Source: Catajapyx aquilonaris
Taxonomy: Eukaryota
NCBI GenBank assembly: GCA_000934665.2
Contig: KZ538607.1
Coordinates: 1 to 59,295, forward strand
Length of the DNA stretch: 59,295 bases
Reading direction: 5' to 3'
The notes beneath the pieces were generated by a model. That model made no database searches. It saw only the letters and a program-made list of their open reading frames with translations, and was not told the origin of the DNA. Of the stretch, positions 1 through 13,659 are shown piece by piece. The first letter of the stretch is position 1; every line of letters starts with the position of its first letter. The position numbers and the translations under genes were made by a program.

Positions 1-857
1 GCGCGTTTTGGACTATCCCCTTTTCTGCCCTGTACGACGTGGACGTTCCTCGTTCTTCCCCAGTACGGGATATCTTCAAGCCATTATATCTCTGGAATTA
101 ACTCACTTCTACCCATGGGCACCCTCTAGGTATAAGGGGCACCTACGCTACTATTGTAATGTGCACTTGGCAGCAAACTCAATGGAATTGGACATTCCCC
201 CTTTTTCCCCTGTGGTCTTCAAATGGTGTTCAACGGAAGCAAGTTTTACTCTCTACGTTAGCAAATCCCTATTAACCGTAACATACACATAATACCTAGC
301 CTATAATATAATTTGTGCAAAAACTTGTAAAGCAGGTGAAAGTTGGACGTGATTAGTGGAAGAAAGGTGAACAAGTACTGCCACTACTTTTTGTTGAATC
401 TCTTCGAGAGTTTCTACGCATTCTTACATATTGCGGGTGGTCAGTAACTCCCATATAATGAGCATAATGACCTATTCCAAGGCCAAACTGCACTCTTTAT
501 ACACATCAATCTTGGTTTAGAGATATCAATGCAGCGTACCGAGTCAAGGAAGATCTAATCTACTGAAGTTGGAAATATATCCTGCTGGTTAGACAACTCG
601 ATGTCTAACGTGACAGTGGAATGTTATAATAAACAGCAGGAAATGTCATGTATCACCTTAGCGATGTCACAAAAAATTAAGAATCGTCGCACGCCATAAC
701 AGTGCCTCCCAGGTCAATATTGGAGTACTGGTAGTGTACGTATTTTTTATCTTGGAATAGGTAAATGAATCACTCTACTCTTGCTCACATTATGGGGAAG
801 ATACATTTGTGTATGAACTTTCAACACTTCGACAGGAAAATAAGAAATTGTGGTGTA

Positions 858-884
858 CCTGACCTGACCTGACCTGACCTGACC
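858..884. repeat. (GACCT)n short tandem repeat
   Basis: CCTGACCTGACCTGACCTGACCTGACC. Confidence 0.9.
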
Positions 885-3800
885 ATATAAGGCGGCTCTT
901 TCGAGCGAGACTAAAGAGAAAATACCACACAAGAAACGTATGCTGAATCAAATGCACATCGAAACCTACTGGGATATAATTTATTGAATTTGGGCGGAAA
1001 TGGTGAATCATTTCATGGCTGCAATTAGCAAGTCTAATTTCCCTTCATATCTACCGAAAATGGTGATAAGCCATACTATTTTAAATATGATATTATCCAT
1101 AAATATGGGAATTCCATGGCGAAAGTTGTTATAGTTTTTGATCCCACCTAAACGGAACAATGTGAAATATTTTATGCCAGGTTTTTTGTACACTTATTTG
1201 CTCATTCAACCGTGTATTACAAATACGCTCGTATCGATACAAGCCTTCATATGTATAATATTAGCCTGCCATAAGTCTTTACACATATCCAAAAAGTCAA
1301 CATAGAAAAAGCGTGAATCATTAAGTCAACATAGGAATGTACACGATAAAAGAGTAGTGCTCAGTTGCAGCTGTGCACAGAATGATCGAATGTCACTTCA
1401 CTATGAACGGATCCTGTTCGACGCCCGGTGACTTTTTGTCTTCTCAGTTTGGAAAAGGGACACCATTTGCAATCACTTGTCACTTCCTTCTCATGCGCAG
1501 TAATTAACTTGCGGCGTAATATATTATTGTGGGCAATAACGGATTCGCACGACAGCTTATGTACTGTTTTGTCTTAGCTTGCACCTGAAGTAAGTTAACT
1601 AATACTCCTTCACCGTCATTCTTATTAATTGTCTTAATATGATAGTGTAAAAAGCTGCTTGTATATACCATCGCAATTATTATTGGACTACAGACAGCTA
1701 AACATCATTTTCCTCATGAGCATGCCTATACATAATTATTGTATACGGTACCGCGTGCTTCATAATGAAGCTTATATTGTATTGGCAGAAATGTAGCGTA
1801 TATACACACGTCCTGTTGGCCACCTGAGGAGGAGAAAGGGAAAGATGGATGGGAAAAATGAAAATGAGTGAGGGGTATAGAGTGAGGGGTGCTCATATGC
1901 TTGTGCGTTCACTTCTTCTGACCTACCGGCTCAAATTGACGGGCTCAGGAGTACTTACGTGTCCACGACATTTTCATTGATGAAAATGTAAGATCGATTA
2001 TGAAACTCACTGTAGATAAAACGGTATTGAAATAACAAAATACTCAGCCCGATAAGAACTGACAGTTATTATATATATATATATATATAACTAGTAGCCT
2101 CTGTAAGCAATCTCATATACCGGTACATTTGTCAGCGCAACCTTCAAATAGTGTGTAGTATGAAATACGTACGGTACGTGCTAAGGTGCGAGTTGAGCAG
2201 GCTGGGCAGCCAGGTTACAACAGGCAAGAGCGGCCAACTACACCCGAGTGAAGTTAAATCCCCTACCAGCCCATTTCCAGCTTCTACCCCCTCGCCAAGC
2301 CTCTCTCCAATCCCATGTCCTATCGGAGAGCTGTAGCGCATGCCTTCCATAAAAATTGGTCAAAGAAACATTTTTACAGCTGTGGAGTGGGCGGGGATGT
2401 AATCATGTCTAAGCACATATGGAAATCCCTCAGCACGACTCTTGAATGCCTAATTATTTTCCTCTTTTTATATTTCTTATATATCTGTCCAAAATTATGT
2501 ATTGATGATGGGTTGGGTATTGAGCTGGTCATTACTTACTTTGGTGGCAAGTAGGTAACACTCCTCGCGGCCTGTGTCATGCTCTGGGGGAAATAATATT
2601 ATAGAGACAGTAATAATGGCAACTACTATGCTTCTTGAGATTGGTTTCCGATATCAAAAGTGTATTAGTCGCCATCACTTTCGTTTCCCTGGAGCCTTCT
2701 TGCTTCCAAATACGATTATTAACTCGATTATACGATTATAATAACTCCAGCCTCTGGGAGAGTAACTATTTAACGATGGCTAGGGCAAGGTGTCATTACA
2801 AAATTTCGCAACTCTAGTCCTTTCAGTGTGAAATTAGGATGCAATAACTTCTGAATTCAAATTATTGCACATCCTTCATACAGTGTGGCGAATTTTAGTA
2901 GACCACGAAATGCCGGGTTGTGTGCACTGCCGAGGCTCCAATTAAAATTAGGGGAGGGGTAGGAAGAGAATTTTGGGATTGTTCACTCTATCAACCAGTT
3001 TAAATATAATTAACCCGTTGGAAGTAATGATCAGAGCCACACAAGGTGATAACAAACGATCTTGTTAGTGTACTGTACACATAGGATTTATGGGATTTTT
3101 TGCAGGGATTTACATAGGGAATTGTGCGGGGATATACTGTCATTTGTGACCAAGTGTACACAAGATTTACGTAGTCGTTACCCCCTCGGAGTCACATTCA
3201 TTTGCCATGATTATTTCTTCGGAAGTTCACACTGGTTGACGCAGAAAACAATCCATAACTTCTCCCATTGAACTGGGGACTTGGGGCAGTGCATTACTGG
3301 GTATGAGCAGTTCCGCCCTTATTTGTTATATTGCGCTGTTTGATACATAATTAATGTCATTATCTTTAACGTAGTAACAAATCATCTTTATCTTGATATT
3401 CGACAGGGAGCCAGATATCTCTCGGATTTTGACATGCTTAAACATGAATTTATTATGATACGGTTCCTCAACCAGCAGTGTATACTGTACAGGCAATTTA
3501 TACATGGTGCTTCATAATTATTCAGACAAACGGCTTCATGCGTGCATTTGTACGGTCTTGTATACATGATTATAATTTATGTCTATGTGTGTCTGAGCTA
3601 GTAATCAGGTCACGTAAGCATATTAGCGCATGTCGCTGTACGCGACAAAATTGTAAGCAGTATATAGCAGGTTGGCTAATGAAGGGTTATTGGCCACTGT
3701 GCCAGTCGATATGGTAAAGGATAAGGTAATGGTTTATAAGTTGGTACATTCGTCACAACAAATACTCCCTGCAGGTTTCCCATTGGCACAAGACATACAT

Positions 3801-4264
3801 TGGGGTCATATATACCGTGTAATTATTAATTATACACAACGTAAGCATAAAATTAACTGATATGCATTAAACAATTTGTTTAAATTAATGCTAATTACTT
3901 CACTAATGTAACTATATAGTACAACGATTATTATTGTGATTTATATTACAATGCTTTTTAACATTTACGTGATAACCTCGTAAAAGGAATATTCTAATTT
4001 AGCCGATTAGGACCTATCCTTGTTTCAGCCAGAGAGTAACTGACGTTACAGTATAGGAAACAATTACTGTCAACAATATCAGCAATGAAATAAAATAACG
4101 TATGAAGGCTTGTGATGCCAATACCATTCTCTAGTTGAACCAATAATATGCCTTTTACCTCAAAAGTAACTCAGAGTCTATAACTCAAATTATGATTAAC
4201 AATATTCAAGACAATATTACTATGTAAGCGAAGGTGAAGTCCTGGGCACCGGAGAATCACTATA

Positions 4265-4826
4265 CAGGGTGTTTATTGTAACTCTGCAAAGACTTTCAGG
4301 GGTAATAGAGGGGACCAAGACAAATATTTTTGACATAGGAACCCGTGTCCGGAAACGCCATCTAGAGGGGGTTCATAGACAAGGAACGGGTGCGCTCAGA
4401 CGCGTCACGCAAGAGGCGCTCTGCGAGCTGACTGTTTTGTTGATAGATGGCGCACAGTTGTTGCCAGGTTATGGTGTATCGCGTCGTTGTAAGTACACAA
4501 CAACGCGATACGCCATAACCTGGCAACAACAGAACCGCTGTTGACTATCCGCGCGTCTCCTAGGAGGCGGACTTTAGTTGCTAGATGGCTCTGCTGTTGC
4601 CACGTTATGGCATATCGCATTGTTGGTTACTATCCGAGCGCCATCTATCAACAAAACAGTCCGCTCGCCTAGCGCCTCACGCGTGACGCGTCTGAGCGCA
4701 CCCGTTCCTTGTCTATGAACCCCCTCTAGATGGCGTTTCCGGACACGGGTTCCTATGTCAAAAATACTTGTCTTGGTCCCCTCTATTACCTCTGAAAGTT
4801 TTTGCTGAGTTACAATAAACACCCTG
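4265..4826. mobile_element. Tc1/mariner-type MITE with about 190-bp TIRs
   Basis: TA|CAGGGTGTTTATTGTAACTC...GAGTTACAATAAACACCCTG|TA. Confidence 0.9.
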
Positions 4827-4959
4827 TATAGAGCTGTCATTTGGTCTGTGCAGCCTCGTTGCGAGCTAATTGGCTTCAAGCACAAACTATCAAATATCCT
4901 GGCATGCATATAGGCTGCGGTATACATCCCCGGGACCAATGTTTTCAAATCAAAATGTA

Positions 4960-5330
4960 TATGCGTTACCCTTCAAGATTAATCTACAAAGGCATGCTGA
5001 TAATATTTTGCCTCCATGCACGTGTAATGTGTAATACATGTCACAGGATAATGCAGGTAACATCAAATGAAAGCCTCAAATGTCCTCTTCAAAACCATAT
5101 AACCTATTTACTTTTTACGTAATCACCATCACCAACCGCAGTACACTTGCGCCAACGATGTACTAGTTCTTCCCTGACGTCGCGTCGGCGTACAACTCAT
5201 GGTACCAAACGCGAACAGCAACCTCAAATTCTGCATTGGAGCTGTCAGGTGTGTCTTCAATTTTGGGAAAAGGAAGAAGTCATAGGGCACAAGATATGGG
5301 CTGTATACACCAGATGAGGAAGTACGAGGA
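4960..5330 (-). mobile_element. Decayed mariner 3' end
   Basis: Minus-strand 'LVHRWRKCTAVGDGDYVK' resembles the mariner C-terminus (RWxKCxxxxGDY); limits approximate. Confidence 0.55.
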
Positions 5331-5374
5331 AATAGAGTTTGTGGAGGGCATCTGCAGTGTGATTTCTTGATCAG

Positions 5375-5720
5375 GTCTTGACTAAGGTGTGGGGACGGAA
5401 GTCTGTGGTTTTACTGTAGCTGTGGGGACCAGTTCCAATTGTGGGGACATTTGTCGGTCCCCACAGTCTCACACACGCGAAGTGTACCATTACAGTGGGG
5501 ACATGTGTAAATTAGTGGGGACATGTCCCCACTATTTTCATTTGTGGTTTTCACAAAAGTCCATTTTTCTCAGCCTAGGTTACTTAGGGTAGGGTAGGTT
5601 AGGTAGGATAGGTTAGGTAAGGTAAGGTTAGGTTAGGTTAGGTTAGGTTAGGTTAGGTTAGATCAGTTTACACTCGCAGTGAAAAGTGATCAATGTCCGT
5701 CCCCACGCCTTAGTCAAGAC
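5375..5720. mobile_element. GGGGAC-repeat/TTAGG-carrying TIR element, copy 1
   Basis: 25-bp inverted ends GTCTTGACTAAGG(T/C)GTGGGGACGGA; internal GGGGAC motifs; TTAGG tract about 5575-5659. Confidence 0.85.
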
Positions 5721-5819
5721 AAGAGTGTGTGGGTGTGGTCGAGCATACATATCCTTTCCTGGGCGCATCCTGCTCACTTGGACCCAAATTCTCCGTCGAG
5801 TGTTCGCATGCACCTCAGA

Positions 5820-5960
5820 ATTCACAGTTTTGCGACCGGTCAGTAACTCGACATGCACGACACATTCTCCAGAGACTCAAATACGCTGTACTTCCTCGTC
5901 CGGCGAACAGTGCAGATCTTGCATCCTGCGCCTTCTTTCCTTCATTTCAGATATCTCAGG
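5820..5960 (+). mobile_element. Mariner transposase relic
   Basis: 'AVLPRPANSADLASCAFF' resembles VLPHPPYSPDLAPCDFF. Confidence 0.5.
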
Positions 5961-8116
5961 CAGTCTCCAAGCCGATGGAAGTGTCGTATGCTGTAGCCTA
6001 CCCGCGACAGATAATAGCACATATTCCGCGTGAAAATAACTCAATTTGAGCTACAAAATATAACTCACAATTATCCTTAAACATGAATTAATCAAACTGC
6101 GTTAATGGTATAAGGCACTCATTGATCCATGCTAATTATAGAGGTAAAGAGGCTGTGGAGACCAATTGATAACATGAAGTGATATGCTGGTGCCAAGAAG
6201 TCCATCTTAGAACTTTGTATGAAAGAGTATGAAACACTCTTTAGGGCTGACCAAGGAAATAATATTCTTACCTCATAAATAAAATCCGGGCAAGTTCCAG
6301 ATCCACACCCCGAAACGAAACCATCTTTTGACTTTGCGTGTAATCTTCGTGGGTGACCTTTTCTCTCTTCTTGGGCGTTTTAAGTTCATCCAATTAGGGC
6401 GCATTGTGGACAGGCAAATATAAACGGAAGCCTGGAGGTAACCACCGCAGGAGGATTACGTAGGCCTATATCTATAAAAAGCACTTCTTTCTTTTGTTCG
6501 ATGCGCACTTTGAAGCTAGGACAAAAGCTATGAGTGGGTGGACTAAAAGGCCAATTATAGTATATTCAGAGAAACTAGGGCAAAACAAGAAAGTTACAAA
6601 AATATACAGGAATACAGCCTGTTGCAGACTTAAGTTAGTAGTCCCAACACAGAATCGAACTGACGCATAAAAAATTCCAGACATTCGTAATAATGGTCAA
6701 AAGTGTTCAAAAAAATTCTCCGGAACAAACTGGTAGCGCCGCGCCGTCAGTTGCGATAAATCGCGCTCGGCTCATGGCAACTCGAACCTGCCCGCCGAGA
6801 CTCATTCCCTCACTCAATTTATACGTGACTGACGTTTGAGATCTGCTTGGAACCCATTACTGTACCACTCTAAACGGCCTCAACTGAATAGCCTACAACA
6901 GTGACTCTAGTGTTGATATGTATAAGGTACAGTACAGTAGGCTACAGTAAAGTATACTGGATATTTTTAGAATGTTCCGAGTTACGTAAAATTCGACTTA
7001 CGTACGTATATTGTTGCGGAATGATCCACTTATGTAAGTCAAAGGACTGGCTGTATTTCCATAGCAAGAAGAAAGCATTGGAAAAAGAATCTTGGGCAAA
7101 AGTTGCGAACGGCCGGATTGTCCAGCTTTCACTGAATCGAGTGAGTGCCATCGAGGGATGCATTGACCACGAATCTCTCCTGACACCAAAAGCAAACAGG
7201 AGTGACACTAGCCGGTGAGAAGTGGCTTTCATATCTGCGCAACGTTTTTCACTAACTTATATTCCATTTTACGCTTATTGGTTTTTGCCTCTGTTTTGGC
7301 GTCATATTTGTATTATAAACTTCTTGTATGAATACACTCCTGATGATTTTTCGTAAAATACTTTAGGATATTTATTACTTTAGTCATACTTTAAACTACC
7401 TTGGGTATAATAGAAGCAATTACAGTAAAATAATAGAGACCCCACACACGACGCAGGCACCAATCTTTTATTACGTATGTCTGGTAAAAAGGGGGGTTTT
7501 CAGTGTTATTGTACAGGGTTCCGGAAAAAAGTTTGTGAAAAGCAAAAGGGTGCCTCGATGGAACGAAAAGTACACGGACCGCTTTTACATAATATATTAT
7601 TGTAATACTGTCAGAAATACAAATGCGGAATAAAACCATTATAACGAGTGCTACAGAGGGAAAGTATCCATATGAATCATTAGTAAGAGAGGTGGCTAGA
7701 TGATGTGTAAAATACTGTATATTAGTGATGCCGATTACGCCAACTTATCACAAAGCACTACGTTGCGGAAACAAACAGTCAATGAGAATCAGGGGCTCAT
7801 TAACACCGATGTAAATGAAGATTGCGTTCTACAAATGAAAACAATAATTATATTTATACGTATGCAATTATTCAGAGTTTGTATTTCGAAGGACATGAAT
7901 TTTAGGAATCCTTATTGATAAGAAGCCACTTGACAAAATTCATCTTTTGCTAATGAAGGTCCTGTGCATGACGGGGTTAATAAAAAGTTCAAAGATGCGA
8001 CTATTGAATATCAACACGTAGTAAGAATATTAAAATCAGTTGTTATATTCTACGGACATTTTGCCGTACAACATTCAGTAGGCCTACTTCAAAAATTGCC
8101 CCAAAGTATGCTTACT

Positions 8117-8345
8117 TGGTGACGTACTTCAGCCTACTTGTGTAGGTGTAAGTGTGTGCACTTGGGAACATTTTGGAAAGAAGCTAAGGTGTAATAGCTG
8201 TGGGGGCCAGAGTGCTTCAAATCCCTTGGGCTTGTATCCATCAACTCAAAGTCCCCCCACAATAATAGGAAGTGTCCCTGCAGGGAGCAGGAGAGGTGGG
8301 GAGGGCAAATCCTCTTTTTTTTCATCACGTGTCCTCACTCTCTCC
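8117..8345 (-). other. Candidate non-coding or uORF-bearing exon
   Basis: Strong acceptor CCTCCTGTTTTATTTCCCAG and donor AA|GTAAGC; no through-going frame seen. Confidence 0.4.
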
Positions 8346-9899
8346 CTGGGAAATAAAACAGGAGGAAAATAACATCCACTCCAAGCACATCAAGAAATGT
8401 AATAGGCTCTCTTCTCCCAACTCCACTTACACAGTTATTATTGGGTCATTAAAACAACCGGCGAGGTCTCCCTTCATCAGTCTTCTTATTCTTTCCTTTC
8501 TATACGATTCATTAGAAACACAGTCAATACGACAATAGGCACAATCAGCTTACTCGATAAACACATTTGCTATTTTTGAAAAGAACCATTCACTGCAGAA
8601 GAATCCACCACAGGCGGTGTGCAGCATGCCTTCAGCTAACGACATTGCTTATGGGTCGCTGAGTTTAGAAAACTCAGGGGCAATAGTACATTACTCATGC
8701 CACGTACCAAGAGCTCTTGCACGTACTATATAGTTACTGTTCAAACTGTAAGGAAGGATGAGTGGTTATTTCTGCTGCCCATTTCAGCCTTTATTTGGTG
8801 CACTACACTGAGGACATGACACGAATCCACTTCGCGACAACAAATTGCACAAGAGCCGCAGGATCGATTCCTACTACGAACATAGAAAGTCCATGCAGTC
8901 TCACAATCAGTTTTTTGTTAAATGGCCGTTGGCAGTTGTTGGTAAGGAGTAATGGTAATCCTAGGAAGACATGGTTGGACCATGTGAGTGCGTGTCTCAA
9001 GCGCAAGCACACGTGGCTGAGACTGGTGTAATAAGTGGCGTCCGGGTTCAGAGCGGGTGATCTCGTATGTGTCATTCCACGGTAACGGGCGGGACAAAAT
9101 TAATGGATTTTTGTTTTGTCAAATATAAATTCCATAGGCATCAGAATGCTTTTGAACGTTATGTAACATTGCCAGGGCAACATAGTCATGTAGTTAACAT
9201 TGATGAAACTACAGATGTTGGTGATTTACGTTTTAACATGGTGATTTAATTTCATTAAGTCAGGTAACGGACGGGACATATTTGTCTCTGGGTAAAAACA
9301 GTTTTAAAAATTGGCCTGGCATTATCATTCATTTATTTTTCATGAAGATTATTCTACACAAACAAGTTGCAAGTGAAAGTTCGAAAAGCAAAATGATTTT
9401 CTTATTTTAAACGTGAATAGTTTTGAATTTTGTTTTACATGCAAAATTGGAAAATTGGAGAAAAATATATATTCTGGTCAGTGTTTTACAAGTCCTGGAA
9501 GGAAATGCATACTTGTATAATTTCCTCAACATCATCTTCTGTGTCTTGTGAAACCTGTAGTACTGTACAATTCCTACCCAACTACAGTCGACAGACGAAG
9601 TCCAATGTGAACTTCATCGACCTCAAACACGAGTAAAAAGGCGTGCGTGTGGTGGGGGGGGGGGGGGGAGTAAGGCTTCGGTATGGCGCGCAGTGCAAAC
9701 TGTTCAAATGCGTAACTGTGGCTGTCATATTACGAATGTGGCAGATGTTAATGCCTTTACTATGACTACATAGATAAATGGGTTTAACTCTATACTTTAC
9801 CGGCGGGTTATCGTACAATCTGTAAAATAGTTTCCGTGAGTTCTGGACCAAGTGCATTGGGGATTTTCCCGAGTTTTACTTGGCGGTTGGTATGGGGAT

Positions 9900-10200
9900 T
9901 GTGGTATTAATAATTTCCGATGTGGGACTTATTGTCAAAGCCACAATAACGTTCGTTGGCCTGGAAAATGACATTGTTGTCCAGTTGCGGTACCAAGGAG
10001 ATCTTGGAATGTCAAAGTATGGTCCTGCTCGTATTGTGCTGTCCTCAGAGAAGAAAAAGGTCTGTATAGCTGGTTACGCCACATCCAGCCTCTTTGGTCA
10101 CGATGCAGGGTCAATGCAGGCGCACCGAGTACAGTGCATGAATCTCCCATCTTACCTCACCAAACTGGCAGAATTTCAAGTTGGTACGGCTTATGTGTTG
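9900..10200 (-). mobile_element. Tc1/mariner-superfamily transposase relic
   Basis: Frameshifted 'PFFFSEDSTI...YFDI' and 'LVPQLDNNVIFQ' resemble GPFFF...YLDML...PQL...IFQQD; limits approximate. Confidence 0.45.
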
Positions 10201-10211
10201 ATTGTGATACC

Positions 10212-11046
10212 CAGGGCCGTATTACCGAAGGGGCACGTGCCCCGGGCCCAACGAAATTTAGGGGCCCCGCCGCGCCGGGGCCCAATCTTTTTAAAAACTG
10301 TAAGTTGTTTCCCTGCCGGTGGGCTTTTGTGGCCCTTTCAATCATTTTACCATCGGGAGATTACCCTGTCTCTTGGGATCTGTGCAGAAAAAAGGGCATA
10401 CAGTATGTAACTATGTATGCAGGGCCCAATCTAGTGTATCCCTAATACATCGATACACAGAGCGTGTACGGGTCGCTGGGCCCCTCCGACGGGGGCGTTA
10501 GGGGGGGCGAGGCGGCGCGGCGCGGCGCGGCGCTGCTAGTATGGGTCCCAGAAACTTATAATTTTTTAGGTAATTGGTAATAAATATCGAAAACATGCAC
10601 TAATTTCATAACAATCAAGGTTTGTAAAAAAATTTTAGATGCCACGGGTCCAAAAGGGCCCCTCTGCGCCGCGCCGGGCCCCTTCCTAACAGGTAAATAA
10701 TCGCAGGAGTCGAAATATTCGGATGCAAGGTGCAATAATTATTTTCACTCCAAAATATATTGTCATCTGCACTCCAAACTGAGCCTTGGAGTGCAAACTT
10801 TCCACTCCAAGGCCCAGTTAAAAGTTTTAAACATGGCTATACCCAATAATTAAAGAGAAGGGGATTTTTAAAAGTTCAAGGTCACACGAGTTAGGTGAAT
10901 GTAACTGACAAAGGACAGTGGAATCCTCCTATACAGTAAGCACATAGGATATACGCAAATAGAAATGTCGGGGCTCCCACCGGGTCCCCATGAGCCGCAG
11001 GCCCCACTGCGACTATGTCCCTGTCACCCCTATAACTACGGCCCTG
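10212..11046. mobile_element. hAT-like non-autonomous element
   Basis: CAGGGCCGTA...TACGGCCCTG termini, many GGGCCC subterminal motifs; TSD degenerate. Confidence 0.7.
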
Positions 11047-12135
11047 GTCATCACCTTCAACCAGATAAGCAGTAGCTCATTCTACAGTAGATGATCCTTA
11101 TTAACATGGAATATGATAGTTGAATTGACATGCCGATTTCCTGTAGCCTGCCTCTGAGGTGTTTGAAATCCATTTGGCCCAAGCACCATCACATGAATTA
11201 CAGGTAAATTAATCATGCAGCACTTTTCCACCAATCATTGCCTGCATCAAGGAGGTAGTCACTTTGTTGTTCTGGTGTATACCTCAGTTTTCTCTCAATG
11301 TGCTCCAAGGTGCTCAGTGGTGTTCAAAGCAGGCGTATGAAAATGCTCCAAAAGTACTGTACATCACAGTGGTCTGGAAGTGTTCCAGTGGTAGTCTGAG
11401 CATTTGGTGCTCCTGTGTCCTCTTTTAAAACTAGTACTGGTACCTATCCCCTTGGTTTACATTAATAACCCCAACAACCAGTTATCCTTGGTTCATGTAA
11501 CATTTGCTTATGATTTGCTGCATACTGGAAGTATGAACTGATCTTGTGATTGCCACTGAGTGATTTGGCTTCATCTTCTCCAAATGCATTACATCACAAT
11601 ATATTGTGTGATCATATTTACGTGCCCAAATGGTTAGCAATTTAGACACTAAGCTCCATATTATCAGGCAGTCAGCATGCTGGGTGGTTTTAGGACTAGT
11701 TTTAGTCTTAGTCTTACGCATTCGCCAATCAGTGTGGTCCACTCCATCCTGCGGCTGGATGAAGGTCAGAGAGGCCTCGCACCGATTGACAGATCCTTAC
11801 CATTAAGACTACAGGTAGTGCTAAAACTCCTCACTTAAGGTAGTTCTTGCGCTAAGTCCATTTATTGACAATTTCGTGAAAATCACACAATCCATTCCTG
11901 GGCATGTCGCACATACTCCTGTGAAGTTTCAAGAGGTTCGTCTATCTCGTTCGTGAGATATTAATTTTCAAAGTTGGGCTTCTGGCGGCCCCTTATGCAT
12001 GGAGCCTTATGGGAGCTGGTCTGCGGGCCTCGAGAAAAGTGTCCCTAGCTTCTTTAAAAACATACAGATGTTAACAAAAAACCATGTGGGGGAAAGTCGG
12101 GAGATTAATTTAGTGGCGATTTTCATAGGGGTCAC

Positions 12136-12225
12136 CTTGGTCCTTTCCCCGCAAATCGTCACTTTGTGAGGAGCCGACTCTACAGTTGGCGTCGAAGTGG
12201 CAACGCTGTAAGCGACGGTCGTCAT
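12136..12225 (-). other. Candidate first exon/ORF (MTTVAYSVATSTPTVESAPHKVTICGERTK) of a leftward gene
   Basis: GCCGCCATG Kozak match, AAG|GTGACC donor, CpG-rich context; no convincing downstream coding exon found. Confidence 0.3.
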
Positions 12226-13088
12226 GGCGGCCTTCGCTCGGGATTTGAAAGTCCCGAGCCGCCTAGGTTTCAGAATGGCATGTAACTGACAAGGGAAGTG
12301 CAAGTGTTGTCCGTGGAGTTTCTGAATGAAACGACGGTCCGGTACCGTATGATTGTGTATGTGAGATTGGTCTCTGGTCTCAAGTTATTGATCGACTAGA
12401 CAGTTACCTAAGTTACCAGCAAAAGAGGCACGTTCGAATGGGGCGGGGGAGATGGGACTATCGATGTATTGATATCGATATATCGATGGTTTACTTATAA
12501 AATATCGATGTCAGATAAGCTCAAATCACTGTAATTTTTATTAAAATATCGATGTAATAATCGGGGTCGAGGACTCAATATATCGCTGGGGGGAAATATC
12601 GATACATCGAAACATCGATACGTTGTTGACAAGGGCTACCAACGTATACAACGTTGCCGGATTTATCGCACTTTTTCCGGTATTTGGAACAGCCATATTT
12701 CTGCTCTTCTCCGGGACAAAAGTGCACGAGGGAATTATTATCCCCCAAATAAATGTTCACGTAACGTATCCGACGCGAAACACGTACTCAAAACTCTGTT
12801 TCAGAGAAATACTAGCAGAAATGTCTTACAATCGCAGAAGTTGGTATTGGCCAGCTCGCCCCATGTATAAACATAGGCTCAACACCCCACCCCCTTCCCT
12901 CAGTTTCCAAGCGCAAGAACTACCTTAAAGCAGTAACTTTTGAACAATTCTTGTAGTGATTAAAACATTAATTGCTAATATTAGATTGAATAGACTCAGT
13001 CACATACCAGGTGATACAAAATACTTGTCTGATTGATGTTACAATTATTTGCATTAACCAGCTTATTAAGCAGTTATTCTTGCAGTTA

Positions 13089-13599
13089 CCGTATTACCTC
13101 AACAAAGCGGCATGCCGGTATAGCGGAGGTCAACCAGTTTTTAGAAATGCACGATCTGGTGGCTATACCGTTATGCCCGTATAGGGAAAGGTATGCCGGT
13201 ATAAGGCGAGGTTTTCACATAAGTTACATTGAACGTGACATTTGTCTGAAAATCGAAATTCACGTACAGGTTATTGAAAAGGCACATTTTCCGAATATCT
13301 TGTTTTCAATTGCAGTGTCTGGCAATAACCTCTATTTAAAAGCAGGCTGACGATGGGATTGGTCTCACAATCTACATTAGAATATGCACTGTGCATATTC
13401 TCACAGCCTGTACACTCGCCCATTTCCATCAAAACATAATTTCAGTACACGGTACTAGCATTCCATTAAAAATGACAAGGATCAAAATTACGGAAATCTA
13501 CCTCAGTTATTGCTGCATGCCAGCCACCCCCCAGGTTATACCGGCATGCTGATCGACCTCATTTTATACCAGCATGCCTCTTTATGTGAGGTAATACAG
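13089..13599. mobile_element. TA-flanked pogo/Tc1-type MITE
   Basis: TA|CCGTATTACCTCA...TGAGGTAATACAG|TA with repeated ATGCCGGTATA subterminal motifs. Confidence 0.75.
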
Positions 13600-13659
13600 T
13601 ACTTTTATTGGGTATCAAAAGCATTGGCTACAAGTTCGAGTATGCAATTTGATCCAATA

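Noticed and set aside
2144..2350. Possible coding exon in the GC-richer patch
   Set aside because: Weak splice signals and no recognisable protein in any frame examined; may be UTR but cannot be supported
4269..4948. Pair of similar ORFs on opposite strands
   Set aside because: Mirror translations of MITE TIRs; likewise 52708-52896 versus 53255-53470
5575..5659. True or fused telomere remnant
   Set aside because: Short, degenerate, and always at the same internal position of a repeated element
7338..7362. Hammerhead ribozyme core (CTGATGA), also minus 8470-8482 and CTGAAGA at about 57669
   Set aside because: No properly stem-flanked GAAA partner was visible
9880..10410. Longest ORF in the track (176 aa, plus strand)
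   Set aside because: Non-ATG start, antisense to a transposase relic, and runs into a GC-rich MITE
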